The notes beneath the pieces were generated by a model that did no database searches, had not been told where the DNA came from, and was given only the letters and a program-made list of their open reading frames with translations. Made by a program: the position numbers and the translations under genes. From Acidobacteriota bacterium (lineage in GTDB: Bacteria; Acidobacteriota; CAIWXX01), in contig JBFMAF010000037.1 in the NCBI GenBank assembly GCA_040755995.1, forward strand, positions 295,782 through 359,781: a DNA stretch of 64,000 nt, read 5' to 3'. Below are positions 40,101 to 52,373 of the stretch, one piece after another (within the stretch, counting starts at the first letter, position 1; every line of letters begins with the position of its first letter).

Positions 40101-40548
40101 CTCGAAGAACCCGAAAGAGGCCGACGCGCATCGATACCTGGGGAGACTGGAACTGCTTCAGGCCAGATGGCAGATAAAGAACTCGAAAGACCCGCGGCCT
40201 TACTTTGAACGCGCACGCGCGGCGTTGAACAACGCACTGGCGCTGGACCCCGATGCTGAGAACTACACGACGCTGGCGGACGTGTATCGGTGGAAAGTCC
40301 AGTGGCGCCCCAGTCTCACTGATGTGCAATCCGGCCTGGACATGGTAGAGAAGGCCCTGTCTGTGAACCCGAACCTGGCGGCGGCCCACGCGATCCGCGG
40401 ATCACTCCTACGCGTCCAATCTCAGCTCACCGGCGACGCGGCCGCAGAACAAGAGGCACGCGAGTCCCTCCGCCGCGCATGGGATATCAATCCGCGCCTG
40501 GGTGAGGATTACGAATCCCCGGCCGAACCGACGCCCCGGCCGCGCTGA
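37195..40548 (+). CDS. Membrane Ser/Thr protein kinase with extended TPR region
   Basis: LGEGAMGRVY, VAIKFL, HRDLKPGN, DFGLA, GTPAYMAPEQ, DVYGLG; TM segment after the kinase domain; many TPR-like repeats. Confidence 0.95.
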   Translation: MDRADERPEKSAPSVSPATNDVVEKGRLRLLSLGPEDDLRASGKEAGGAEPSEPEADSDRRPARYRIGELLGEGAMGRVYKAHDIELNRMVAIKFLRIESAETFGKLRKEAQAQARVDHPNICKVYDVAEIDGKPYIAMQYIDGKSLDVVAQGMLLEEKVRVLRDVVEAAHAAHRTGLIHRDLKPGNILVEGSSQEGRVPYVTDFGLARDPEAADLTRTGMLVGTPAYMAPEQVRGEVRSLDRRTDVYGLGATLYELLTGSQPFDATSSIGAMMRVLHDDPDPPRKKNPRIPTDLENIVLKCLAKEPSGRYESARALAEDLNRFLDGEPVLAKPVGPLGRFVRKLRRHKAVAAVLSTAILAALVSGILGLYSRQTALSRAAFAQQFGQEVEKTESVLRLAYMLPLHSAVPERKMVRDRMARIEAKMTTAGRAAEGPGHYAIGRGYLALHDYDQARRHLETAWTSEYRTPETAYALGLVMGALYQRELKKTERIEDQQRREVRRKELQKMYGAPALNYLKQSRGTEAETPYYVEGLIAFYEGRHPEAHGLAEKASSRVPWMYEAKFLQGEILAAQAFEQRRKGDYKGALLDLASAENAIMAGIRIGQSDPRGYGALCDLRVEIVATVHGGGGGEIRTIVDKALNAADEALIADPTMAAAQRAKTRAYTLWIDYQLGHGIDASDSSALAEGAAKRAIALNPQEADAYLELGEVYYQQSVSAWNHGQDPDSFIDASIKATSQAVKLQPGTAEMFSRLGWTWTNKGYYQMERGQDPRESFRQAIHCLEGAVSLDPRVHSHADNLGIAYRVLGKYEMQHGLDPDSSFRHAVDAFGKAIEINPANVSVYSNLGNVFLNRAAYQSEIGVDVRPTLDSAIRNYSKAIQLNPSITPPHHNSGSAYVQLAEYGLQTGQDPRKGLELARMHVRNSLLISAYSATLVLMGRTYVADAAYELKHRLPFNAAARGRKWLQEALSKNPKEADAHRYLGRLELLQARWQIKNSKDPRPYFERARAALNNALALDPDAENYTTLADVYRWKVQWRPSLTDVQSGLDMVEKALSVNPNLAAAHAIRGSLLRVQSQLTGDAAAEQEARESLRRAWDINPRLGEDYESPAEPTPRPR

Positions 40549-40610
40549 GGCCGGATCGAGATCCGCGGCCCGGTTGTCGTGCGCAGCCCGCCCGGCACGG
40601 TGGGCCAGCG

Positions 40611-40646
40611 TGTGCCATCTGGCACAGTGATGTGCCACCAGCTCGG
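40611..40646. promoter_or_regulatory. Putative enhancer (UAS)
   Basis: Palindrome TGTGCCA-TC-TGGCACA plus a second TGTGCCA 20 bp downstream. Confidence 0.7.
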
Positions 40647-40721
40647 CGCGCGTGCGCGATCCTCTGCCATTGGCGCGGCGCAAGTCTAGCAGAACACGCG
40701 GCCCGATCGCCGGCCCCGTAT

Positions 40722-40737
40722 TGGCACGAACAATGCA
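40722..40737 (+). promoter_or_regulatory. Sigma54 -24/-12 promoter
   Basis: TGGCAC-GAACA-ATGCA, about 35 bp before the 40774 start. Confidence 0.75.
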
Positions 40738-40773
40738 GTTCGAATCAAGTGTCTCGCACAACATCTGGAGGGA

Positions 40774-41770
40774 ATGCAGACAATGAGAAAGATCTTTTCC
40801 GCACTTGCGGTAGGCACCGTCCTGCTCATCAGCGCGGCCGCCTCGGAGACCGCCGAAAAGCTGTACGTGCCGCTCATCATGGACACCAGCGGCACGCTGG
40901 ATCTTTACTGGATGAAGCTCAATCCGAACGGTTCGCGTGCCAGGGGACCTGTGCTCGTCAGAGATACCGCACAATGGGTCACGTCGGCCGCGATCGTGCC
41001 CGATGGAAACAAGATCCTCTATGCCGAATACGAGTCGGGCACGTCGAGCCAGATCTACTCGGTGGGGGTCAACCCTAAGAACGGCACTGTGGTGAACGGT
41101 CCGACGCAGCTCACCACCGGGGCCACCAACTACTTCTACTACGGAATCAGCGTCTCCCCGAGATGGGCGCAAGTCCACCTACAATCGCGACAAGGGAAGC
41201 AGTACCGACTTCGACGCCTTCTTGAAGAAGTTCAAGCCGAATGGGTCCGTGGGGCCAGCGACGATCACGGTGGCGGCCACTAGTGCAGATGAGTATGATT
41301 CGATGATCACGGAAGATGGTCTGGGCGTGTACTACAGCTCGGGCTCCGGCCCGACAGATACGATCCTGTTCCAGAAACTCAAGTCGAAGGGCAGACCTAG
41401 CGGCGCGCCGATCACTGCAGGCACGACTCCCGGCGAGTATCTGGGTTTCCCGAGAATCGACGCGGAACGGAAATGGATGAGCTACATCCGCGGAGACGGC
41501 AACATCTGGGTGACGAGACTTTCAGCAACGGGCACGGCGACGGGCACCCCGGTGAAGGTCACTTCAGTGCCCACGAACTACTATGCGTTTGGCGGCCTGA
41601 CACGCAGCGCCGGGCTTCTCGTCTACATGGTCTGGGGCGGCTCCTACCCGCATGTGCATACATTGTATTCGCAGAGGCTCGACGCAAACGGCAACCCAAC
41701 CGGTGCCCCCCTCGTCCTGGTCGCGACCACGAGCAACATGGTGTCCCCATGGGCTGTCGCCTACTGGTGA
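40774..41770 (+). pseudogene. Secreted TolB/PD40-like beta-propeller gene split by a 1-nt frameshift near 41160
   Basis: Removing one base joins ...SVSP to DGRKSTY...LKKFKPNG, restoring SPDG; six repeats of K/R-L-x-x-x-G...G-x-P across both halves; signal peptide. Confidence 0.75.
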
Positions 41771-42051
41771 TGGAACTGTTGACGTGAGCGAGGAGGCTCC
41801 GCCACGACAAGAATCTCAAACGTGAGGCGGAAGAGGGCCGGGCAACGGCAGCCGCATTGGCCGGCCACGGCGGGCACGGCTGAGGTCCTGTGCGACTGCA
41901 TGGGTGCGTGAGCGCCAGAGAAGTGCTCCGAAGGCGAATGTCAAGGCCGTAGCCGTAGGTAGTCCTAGTCCTGCGACACCCCAGCCCCCAGCTCCGGAGC
42001 TTCGCACTTGCGCGGAGGATGGAGTAAGATCCCGGAAAGAAGGAGGGGGCG

Positions 42052-42852
42052 ATGTTCAAGCATTTGACGCTGAGCCCAGGGGTGAACGTGAAGCTGAAGG
42101 ATTTCGACCCGGGGGACACGCACGGCTGGGAGGAAGCAGACGCCAAGCGGGAGCTCGAGGAGCTGCGCGAGAAGATGGAGAAGCTGCAGGACGTCTTCTA
42201 CGCCAGCGGCAAGTACGCCCTGCTTATCGTCCTGCAGGCCATGGACGCAGGCGGCAAGGATGGGACGGTGAAGCACGTCATGGGAGGCTTCAATCCATCG
42301 GGCTGCTCAGTGATCTCGTTCAAAGCTCCGAGCCCCGAGGAGCTCTCGCACGATTTCCTGTGGCGGGTCCACAAAGCGGTGCCTCCGCGAGGCCACATTG
42401 GGATATTCAACAGGTCACATTACGAGGACGTGCTCGTCGTCCGCGTGCTGAACCTCGTCCCGGAGAAGGTGTGGCGAGAGCGCTACGACCAGATAAATAC
42501 CTTCGAGAAGATGCTGTGCGAGAACAACGTCATCGTCCTCAAGTTCTTCCTCCACATCTCGAAGAAAGAGCAGGCGGACCGCTTCCGCGACCGGCTGGCC
42601 GACCCGAAGAAGATTTGGAAGTTCAACCCCGGCGACCTGGAGATGCGCGAGAAGTGGGGCGATTTCATGGAAGCATACGACGATGTTCTCGAACGGTGCA
42701 CCACGGCGCACGCTCCGTGGACTATCGTCCCAGCCGACGTGAAGTGGTTCAGGAATCTAGTCGTCGCCAGGAGGATCGTGGAGACCGTGGATGCGTTGGA
42801 TCTGAAGTACCCGCCGCCTGCACCAGGCGTCGAGAAGATAGAGATCGTCTGA
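42052..42852 (+). CDS. ppk2: Polyphosphate kinase 2 family (class III-like)
   Basis: LQAMDAGGKDG Walker A, SFKAPS.EE..HDFLWR, FNRSHYEDVL, KFFLHISK.EQ, WKF. Confidence 0.92.
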   Translation: MFKHLTLSPGVNVKLKDFDPGDTHGWEEADAKRELEELREKMEKLQDVFYASGKYALLIVLQAMDAGGKDGTVKHVMGGFNPSGCSVISFKAPSPEELSHDFLWRVHKAVPPRGHIGIFNRSHYEDVLVVRVLNLVPEKVWRERYDQINTFEKMLCENNVIVLKFFLHISKKEQADRFRDRLADPKKIWKFNPGDLEMREKWGDFMEAYDDVLERCTTAHAPWTIVPADVKWFRNLVVARRIVETVDALDLKYPPPAPGVEKIEIV

Positions 42853-42936
42853 GATCCCGCGGCTGCCCGGATATCCGGGCGACCGCGTCCCCGAACTGCA
42901 AATCACCAGAATTCAAGAAGAGGTCAGAGGGTCACG

Positions 42937-43698
42937 ATGCAAGCACTGAAGGACAAGATCGTTTTCATAACCGGAGCGAGCAGCGGAATCGGTGAAGCGT
43001 GTGCGCGCGCGTTCGCGGCCGATGGGGCACGACTACTGCTGGCCGCGCGCCGTCTTGGCCGTCTCGACCTCCTCGCCTCCGAGCTCGCCGTGCCGACCCA
43101 CAGCATCAGCCTCGACGTACGTGACAGAGCCGTAGTCGAGGCGGCCATGAGCGAGCTGCCGGACGAATGGTCTGCAATCGAAATCCTCGTGAACAGCGCC
43201 GGCCTGTCGCGCGGCATGGACAAGCTCCAAGAGGCCGATGTGCATGATTGGGAGGAGATGATCGACACCAACGTCAAGGGCCTCCTGTACGTCAGCCGCG
43301 CAGTGATACCTGGGATGGTGGCGCGCGGCCGCGGCCATGTCATCAACCTCGGATCAGTCGCCGGGTTCGAGGTCTACCCCGGCGGAAACGTGTACTGCGC
43401 CTCAAAAGCGGCGGTCCGGTCCATCTCGCAAGGGCTCCGCATGGACCTGCTCGGCACCTCGATCCGCGTGACCAATATCGAGCCCGGCATGGTCGAAACC
43501 GAGTTCAGCCTCGTCCGCTTCCATGGTGATCGCGACCGCGCGGCGAGGGTGTACCAGGGAATCCAGCCGCTCACTGCCGCCGACATTGCCGAGATCGCCG
43601 TCTTCTGTGCCGGACGCCCTCCGCATGTGGACATCGCTGAGGTTGTAGTGATGCCCACGGCGCAGGCCTCCGCGACGCAGGTCTACCGGAAGGTGTAG
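42937..43698 (+). CDS. SDR family NAD(P)-dependent oxidoreductase (YdfG-like)
   Basis: TGASSGIG, NSAG, YCASK, IEPGMVETEFS.VRF. Confidence 0.9.
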   Translation: MQALKDKIVFITGASSGIGEACARAFAADGARLLLAARRLGRLDLLASELAVPTHSISLDVRDRAVVEAAMSELPDEWSAIEILVNSAGLSRGMDKLQEADVHDWEEMIDTNVKGLLYVSRAVIPGMVARGRGHVINLGSVAGFEVYPGGNVYCASKAAVRSISQGLRMDLLGTSIRVTNIEPGMVETEFSLVRFHGDRDRAARVYQGIQPLTAADIAEIAVFCAGRPPHVDIAEVVVMPTAQASATQVYRKV

Positions 43699-43704
43699 GG
43701 AAGC

Positions 43705-44076
43705 TCAGTCGTAGAGCGCAAGTCCTCTGACGTGATCGAAGTCCTTGCGGTTTACGGTCCACAAGCGGATACCATGGAAAGCCGCTGTGGCGGCGATGAT
43801 GGCATCAGGTATGCGCATGCCCGTGGAGAAGGCATGTTTCTCGACCAGCGACGTGGCCATATCCGACACACCCTGGTCTATCTCCACCAATCTGAAGCCA
43901 TCAAGCCTGCGCTTGACGGCGTTGAGTTCCGCCTTGTTTCTGGCCCCTTGCAGCAGCTCCATGACGACGAGCGAGTTGAGGACGGCATTCCGCTTCCCTA
44001 TCTCGTGCAGCTTCCTTGCTGTGCCGGCATCACCCCTTAGATAGTCGATCATCACAGACGTATCGACGAGGATCAC
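43705..44076 (-). CDS. vapC: VapC-like PIN domain toxin
   Basis: ILVDTSV.IDYLR, ELLQG, PDAIIAATA, T.N.KDF. Confidence 0.88.
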   Translation of the reverse strand: MILVDTSVMIDYLRGDAGTARKLHEIGKRNAVLNSLVVMELLQGARNKAELNAVKRRLDGFRLVEIDQGVSDMATSLVEKHAFSTGMRIPDAIIAATAAFHGIRLWTVNRKDFDHVRGLALYD

Positions 44077-44315
44077 CTGTAGAACCTGCGGCGCAGCTCC
44101 CTGGCAAATGCAACCGTGTCGGTGATGTCCGAGAACGGCACTACGTCCTTAGTTCTCCGGTCGATCCGGAACTTCAACGTCTTGACCCCCCCTCGGTCCC
44201 GAGCCCGATCATCATCCAGGTCGAAGATGACAATACTGATCTTCCTGTTCCTGAAGCGGGCTGGCACAGCAATCATGCCGCTTCTAGGGACCGCAGTGAT
44301 GACATGAGGGTGCAT
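44073..44315 (-). CDS. Putative antitoxin
   Basis: 80-aa ORF overlapping the vapC start (GTGA); C-terminal DTVAFARELRR; RBS AGAGGAG. Confidence 0.65.
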   Translation of the reverse strand: MHPHVITAVPRSGMIAVPARFRNRKISIVIFDLDDDRARDRGGVKTLKFRIDRRTKDVVPFSDITDTVAFARELRRRFYR

Positions 44316-44640
44316 TTCACAGCTCCTCTACCCAATACTACCCGGTTGTCACGAACATGTTCAAGCCCACCTCGGGCCTGTGTAGTGAGAGTGGTTCGAA
44401 GTGTCGGGATCTGCTCGCAGTGAGCCTCCGACGCGCTTCATACCTACTCATGAGGCAGTCGGCCGGCTGAAGCAAGCATGCAAACACCTCTGGAGGAGAT
44501 GCGTTCCGGCGTGAGATGCCTATTCCCAGTCTATTGCCAACCGCTGCGAATAGATTGTCGCTAAAGGATCCAGGACGCGCGCAGAGCATCTGCCGCGCCT
44601 CAGGCCTACCGGCGTGCTCGGGCACGCGAAATAGAGAGAA

Positions 44641-44678
44641 AGAGCGCGAGACAAGCGCAGCCTCCCGCCTCGCGCTCT
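44641..44678 (-). terminator. Hairpin downstream of acnA
   Basis: agagcgcgag...ctcgcgctct inverted repeat followed by a pyrimidine run on the minus strand. Confidence 0.5.
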
Positions 44679-44686
44679 GCCGCCGT

Positions 44687-47461
<2,775 letters not shown>

Positions 47462-47555
47462 GAGTGCCTCCGCATCTGGCTAGCCGCGCGTCCCCGCGGC
47501 CGCGGAATCATTATATACCCGCGGCTTCATCCGGGCGAAGGCTACATCCGGTTCT

Positions 47556-47582
47556 TCAATCTGAAATCTGAGATCTGAAATC
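47556..47582. repeat. Heptamer tandem repeat (ATCTGAR)
   Basis: ttcaatctgaaatctgagatctgaaatc directly after the nrdJ stop. Confidence 0.6.
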
Positions 47583-47583
47583 C

Positions 47584-50500
47584 TCATGAGCACCCGGATG
47601 TCCACCCGCAGCTCTCGCACTTGAGGCAGGTTCCGTTTCGCAGCAGCGTGAGCTGGCCGCATTCCTGGCAGGCCTCACCCTCATATCCCTTCAGGCGCGC
47701 CTCGCGATAGGCGTGCACGGTGGGCATGGAGCTCTTCCTCCCCGTGCGGTTCCCGGCGTTGCCGGCGGACCGCGCTGATATCATCAGGCTCGGGCCGCCG
47801 CGTGGTCCAACGGCTGTGGCCGTGAGCTGCTCGGCCGAGGTCTCCTCCACGTCCTCATCCCCCTCAGCGTCCACTTCCTCCTGCTCCACGGTGTCCGTCC
47901 GGAGGTCCTCGGGCTCCACCTGCGCCAGCTCGCTTCGCTGCAGGTAGTGAATCGCGAGGTCGCGGAAGATGTAGTCGATCAACGACGTCACACGCTTGAT
48001 CTTGTCGTGGCCGGCGACGAATCCGTTGGGCTCGAAGCGCGTGAAGACGAACGCGTCGACGAACTCGTCGAGCGGGACGCCGTGCTGGAGTCCCAGGCTG
48101 ATTGAAATGGCGAAACAGTTCATCAAGCTGCGGAACGCCGCGCCCGCCTTGTGCATGTCGAGAAAGATCTCGCCGAGGGAGTGGTCTTCGTACTCGCCCG
48201 TACGGATGTAGATCTTGTGACCGCCCACTACAGCTTTCTGGGTATATCCTGTGCGCCGGTCCGGCAATCTGCGGCGGTGCGCCGGCCACCGCAAGACGAT
48301 GCGTTCGGCCACCTTCTCCGCTACCGCGCGTGCCGGTTCCTCCGCCCCCGGCGCTTCAGCCTGCGACTCCTCTCCGAGGTCGTCCAGTGCAGCCGAAAGC
48401 GGCTGGCTCAGTTTCGATCCGTCGCGGTAGAGCGCGACCGCCTTGAGCATCGAACGCCATGAGAGCGTGTAGACCCGCTTGACGTCTTCGATTGACGCGT
48501 CGTGCGGCATATTGATCGTTTTGCTGATTGCGCCCGAGACGAACGGCTGCGCTGCTGCCATCATGCGGATGTGGGCCTCGTACGGGATCGAGCGGCGTCC
48601 CCTGCGCCCGCACCGACTGGCGCAGTCGAAGACCGCCAGGTGGGCCTCCTGCAAGTGTGGAGCCCCCTCCACCGTCATCACGCCGCAGCAGTAGTCGTTG
48701 GCTTCCTGAATCTGCTCCGGCGTGAATCCCATCACCCGCAGCAGGTTGTGATTGGGCCCGAGAGACGCCGGGTCAACTCCCAGCTTGTTGCGGCAGAGCT
48801 CGTCGCCGAGCGTTTCGCGGTTGAACGCGAAGGAGATGTCGAAAGCGTCTTCGATTTCCGCTTCCACCTTCTGGATCGCCGCTTCCTCCAGGCCTTTGAG
48901 CCGCAAGGTCTCCGGGTTGATGTGCGGCGACCCGGCGAGAGTCTTGTGCCCCACGCAGTAGGTGACGATGTCGTCGATCTGCGAGGTCGTGTAGCCGAGC
49001 CGGCTGAGCGCGATCGGGATGCTCTGATTGATGATCTTGAAGTGGCCGCCGCCGGCGAGCTTCTTGAACTTGACAAGCGCGAAGTCGGGCTCTACGCCGG
49101 TAGTGTCGCAGTCCATCACGAGGCCGATCGTGCCCGTCGGCGCGACGCACGTGGTCTGGGCGTTCCTGTAGCCGTGTTTCTCGCCGAGCGCGATCGCGCG
49201 ATCCCAGGACTCGCGCGCCGCCTGAAGCAGAACCGGCGGGCATCGCGCGGCATCGATGCCCCTGGGCGTTATGGTGAGCCCTTCGTAAGACGAGGCCGGG
49301 GCCGCGAACGCGGCGCGCCGGTGGTTCCGCATCACGCGCATCATGTGCTCTCGATTCCGAACGAAGGCGGGAAACGGGCCCAACTCGGCGGCCATCTCCG
49401 CCGAGATCCCATACGCCTCGGCAGTCATGATCGCGGATAGGGCTCCGCAGATCGCAAATCCTTCCTCGGAATCGTAGGGAATGCCGAGCCGCATGAGCAG
49501 GGTCCCGAGGTTGGCGTACCCGAGCCCCAGCGTGCGGTAGTCGTAGCTGCGCTGCGCGATCTGCTTGCTCGGAAACGACGCCATCAGGACGCTGATCTCG
49601 AGCACGATCGTCCACAGGCGGCAGGCATGCCTGTAGCTCTCGACGTCAAAGCTGCCGTCTTCGCGGAGGAACTTGACCAGATTGAGCGAGGCCAGGTTGC
49701 AGGCCGTGTCATCGATGAACATGTACTCGGAACACGGGTTGCTCGCGTTGATCCGCCCGTCCTCGGGACACGTGTGCCACTCGTTTATGGTCGTATCGTA
49801 CTGGACACCGGGATCTGCGCAGCTCCACGCCGCCACCGCGAGACGGTCCCACAGTTCCTTCGCCTTCACCCGCCTGGCTTCCTGGTTGTCGGTTCGCCTG
49901 CGAAGGGCCCAATCGCCGTCCCGCTCGAGCGCATTGAAGAACTCGTTGGGGATCCGGACGCTCGTGTTGGCGTTCTGCCCCGAGACTGTGCCATAGGCCG
50001 CGCTGTCCCAGTCCGTGTCGTACTCCTCGAACGCGAGATCCGTCAGCCCCTGGACCGCGCATTGGAGCGTCCTGCGGATCAGGGTCTCCGGCACCATGGC
50101 TGCACGCGCCTCGCGGATCGCCTGGCGCAGCGCCGGATTCTTAGCGGGATCGGCTTCAACCGCCTGCCCATTGGCCCTGGCAGCGCGCAGGACTGCATCG
50201 AGCCGCGCCCGGCAGATCCTCGATCCGGCCACCATCGCCGCCACCTTCCGCTCCTCCACCACCTTCCAGTCAATGAACGACTCGATGTCCGGATGATCCA
50301 GATCCAGGCTGACCATCTTGGCGGCGCGGCGAGTGGTGCCGCCGGACTTGATCGCACCGGCCGCGCGATCGCCGATCCTCAGAAATGACATCAGCCCGGA
50401 GGAGCGGCCTCCTCCGGACAGCGATTCGTTCTCACCACGAAGGCTCGAGAAGTTGGTGCCCGAGCCCGATCCGTACTTGAACAGGCGCGCTTCGCGCACC

Positions 50501-51081
50501 CACAGATCCATGATTCCGCCCTCGTTGACGAGGTCGTCGTTGACCGATTGAATGAAGCAAGCGTGTGGCTGCGGGCGCTCGTACGCGTTCTCCGCGCGGG
50601 CAAGCTGCCGGGTCTCGGGGTCGACATAGTAGTGACCCTGCGACGGGCCGGTGATGCCGTACGCGAAGTTGAGACCTGTGTTGAACCATTGAGGGGAGTT
50701 GGGCGAACCGATCTGGGCGGCGAGCATGTAGCAGATCTCGTCGTAGAAAGACTGTGCGTCGGCGTCGCTGGAGAAGTACCCGTGTTTCTTTCCCCAATGC
50801 GTCCAGCAGCCTGCCAGACGCTGAAAAACCTGCCGCGCGTCGCGCTCGCCGCCCGGCACCTGCGTGCCGTCAGCGGCCTTCGCGGGCACTCCGGCCTTGC
50901 GGAAGTACTTCTGAGCGAGGATGTCGGTGGCCACCTGAGACCATGTCGCTGGGACCGTAATCTCGTCCGCTTTGAACACCGTCGACCCATCGGGATTCTT
51001 GATCTCCGACGCACGCTTCTCGAAACGGATGTTCCGGTACGGGCTCGCACCCTCGGTCGTGAACTTCCGGTCGATCCTCAT
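47584..51081 (-). CDS. nrdJ: Vitamin B12-dependent (class II) ribonucleotide reductase
   Basis: [37 protein letters not shown]-terminal TSCPD-like region and CxxC...CxxC..SGCS. Confidence 0.95.
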   Translation of the reverse strand: MRIDRKFTTEGASPYRNIRFEKRASEIKNPDGSTVFKADEITVPATWSQVATDILAQKYFRKAGVPAKAADGTQVPGGERDARQVFQRLAGCWTHWGKKHGYFSSDADAQSFYDEICYMLAAQIGSPNSPQWFNTGLNFAYGITGPSQGHYYVDPETRQLARAENAYERPQPHACFIQSVNDDLVNEGGIMDLWVREARLFKYGSGSGTNFSSLRGENESLSGGGRSSGLMSFLRIGDRAAGAIKSGGTTRRAAKMVSLDLDHPDIESFIDWKVVEERKVAAMVAGSRICRARLDAVLRAARANGQAVEADPAKNPALRQAIREARAAMVPETLIRRTLQCAVQGLTDLAFEEYDTDWDSAAYGTVSGQNANTSVRIPNEFFNALERDGDWALRRRTDNQEARRVKAKELWDRLAVAAWSCADPGVQYDTTINEWHTCPEDGRINASNPCSEYMFIDDTACNLASLNLVKFLREDGSFDVESYRHACRLWTIVLEISVLMASFPSKQIAQRSYDYRTLGLGYANLGTLLMRLGIPYDSEEGFAICGALSAIMTAEAYGISAEMAAELGPFPAFVRNREHMMRVMRNHRRAAFAAPASSYEGLTITPRGIDAARCPPVLLQAARESWDRAIALGEKHGYRNAQTTCVAPTGTIGLVMDCDTTGVEPDFALVKFKKLAGGGHFKIINQSIPIALSRLGYTTSQIDDIVTYCVGHKTLAGSPHINPETLRLKGLEEAAIQKVEAEIEDAFDISFAFNRETLGDELCRNKLGVDPASLGPNHNLLRVMGFTPEQIQEANDYCCGVMTVEGAPHLQEAHLAVFDCASRCGRRGRRSIPYEAHIRMMAAAQPFVSGAISKTINMPHDASIEDVKRVYTLSWRSMLKAVALYRDGSKLSQPLSAALDDLGEESQAEAPGAEEPARAVAEKVAERIVLRWPAHRRRLPDRRTGYTQKAVVGGHKIYIRTGEYEDHSLGEIFLDMHKAGAAFRSLMNCFAISISLGLQHGVPLDEFVDAFVFTRFEPNGFVAGHDKIKRVTSLIDYIFRDLAIHYLQRSELAQVEPEDLRTDTVEQEEVDAEGDEDVEETSAEQLTATAVGPRGGPSLMISARSAGNAGNRTGRKSSMPTVHAYREARLKGYEGEACQECGQLTLLRNGTCLKCESCGWTSGCS

Positions 51082-51231
51082 CTGTACCCCCTCGAAAAGA
51101 GAAAAAATCCTCGCTGCGAAAGAAAGAAACCCACCCCCGACAGGCGGCACGACGCCCCGGGTCACGATGGGCCTGTCACTTTGCCCCTATTCCTCTAGCT
51201 TGATTAGCGGCCCCTTCATTTGACCGCGCCA

Positions 51232-51279
51232 CCACAATATATAGTGTTTGTCTGGGGGTGTCAATACCAAATGTTGGGG
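51232..51279. promoter_or_regulatory. Tandem NrdR boxes overlapping the nrdJ sigma70 promoter
   Basis: ccacaatatatagtgt (51232) and ataccaaatgttgggg (51264), 32 bp apart, match acaCwAtATaTwGtg; minus-strand TTGACA(51264-59)-17-TATATT(51241-36). Confidence 0.85.
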
Positions 51280-51293
51280 CAGCACGAGGCTGG

Positions 51294-51413
51294 GGAGAAA
51301 CGGTGAATCGGAGAGACGGCGAAACGGTGAATCGGAGAGACGGCGAAACGGAGAAGCGGAGAATCGGAGAACGGGGGAAACGGGGAGACGGAGACGCGGA
51401 GAAGCGGAGACAC
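51294..51413. repeat. Degenerate octamer tandem array containing a 24-bp exact repeat
   Basis: (gaaacggtgaatcggagagacggc)x2 followed by GARACGGA/GAATCGGA/GACGCGGA-like units. Confidence 0.85.
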
Positions 51414-51451
51414 GTAGAGCACAAGTGCTGCGTCGCTGCCGCGCGCTCGGG

Positions 51452-52171
51452 TCAGAGCCACTTGCGGTGGCGAAGGAACTCGACGGCCGTCCTTGCGATC
51501 TCCTCGGTCGTGCACATGGCCGTATTGAAGGTGAAGTGGTAGAGATACGGGTCGCTCGGGGATGCCATCGCGAACCTCTTCACGAACTGCTCGCGCTCCT
51601 CGTCCATCTTCCGCACTTCTTTCTCAGCATCGCCATGGTCAAGGTTGTAGAGCTTCATCACGCGTTCGATGCGGTAGTCGCGGGGGGCCACGAGGCGGAT
51701 GTGGAGCCCCCGGTCGATCTGGCGCGTGAGGACTGCGGATCCACGCCCGACCAGGACAGCGTGCCCCTTCTCCGCGAGTATGCAGATCGCCTTGGCCATT
51801 TTGCGATAGATCTGGTAGCTGTCGGGGAGCTGGCTCAGAAGGTCGATCACGACCTGCCCGAGGATAGACAGCTTCTCATCGGTGATGAGCTGCACCATGC
51901 CGGGGTAGTGTCCCGATTCCTCCGAGATCCGCGACAGGATCTCCTTGTCGAAAGCCATCCATGGGAACCTGCTCGGATGCTTTTCGTTCAGCATGTCCAC
52001 CATTCTCTTCGCGACCACCGGCGCTTCGGTGCCGTACTCGCGCGAGATGGTTATGAACGGCAGCTTCTCCACACCCGTCTTGCGGGCCCACTCGGCCTTG
52101 GTCATGGCATCGATTCGAGCCGCGATTACGGAGTCGATGCCGGGAGTGATGGTCGTCGTTATCTTGGCCAT
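51452..52171 (-). CDS. Cytidylate kinase-like family protein
   Basis: ITISREYG, FDKEIL, VLVGRG, HIRLVAP...RI.R, D..LYH..FNT. Confidence 0.8.
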   Translation of the reverse strand: MAKITTTITPGIDSVIAARIDAMTKAEWARKTGVEKLPFITISREYGTEAPVVAKRMVDMLNEKHPSRFPWMAFDKEILSRISEESGHYPGMVQLITDEKLSILGQVVIDLLSQLPDSYQIYRKMAKAICILAEKGHAVLVGRGSAVLTRQIDRGLHIRLVAPRDYRIERVMKLYNLDHGDAEKEVRKMDEEREQFVKRFAMASPSDPYLYHFTFNTAMCTTEEIARTAVEFLRHRKWL

Positions 52172-52373
52172 GTGTGACTCCTTGATGAGATCGAGCTCCA
52201 GTCTGGCGACCCGCTGGCACGGCCCACCAACCGTGCTTCTTCCTTATATCATACAGCGCTTTGCAGAAATTGGAAGCGTGGTCGACAACTGGAGGTGCGG
52301 AGTACGTTGACACTCCGGCAAGCTAGGTCTTAAGCTCTCGTGAGTGCGCGCAAGGCGCGCAGGGGAGGTGAAC

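Noticed and set aside
44352..44363. GAACATGTTC palindrome as a LexA box
   Set aside because: Spacer is 2 nt rather than the 4 nt of the Gram-positive GAAC-N4-GTTC box; could be a TA operator but unsupported
51294..51413. Possible CRISPR array or coding repeat (ORF 51248-52177)
   Set aside because: Degenerate octamer tandem without unique spacers; the ORF is the antisense shadow of the cytidylate-kinase-like gene
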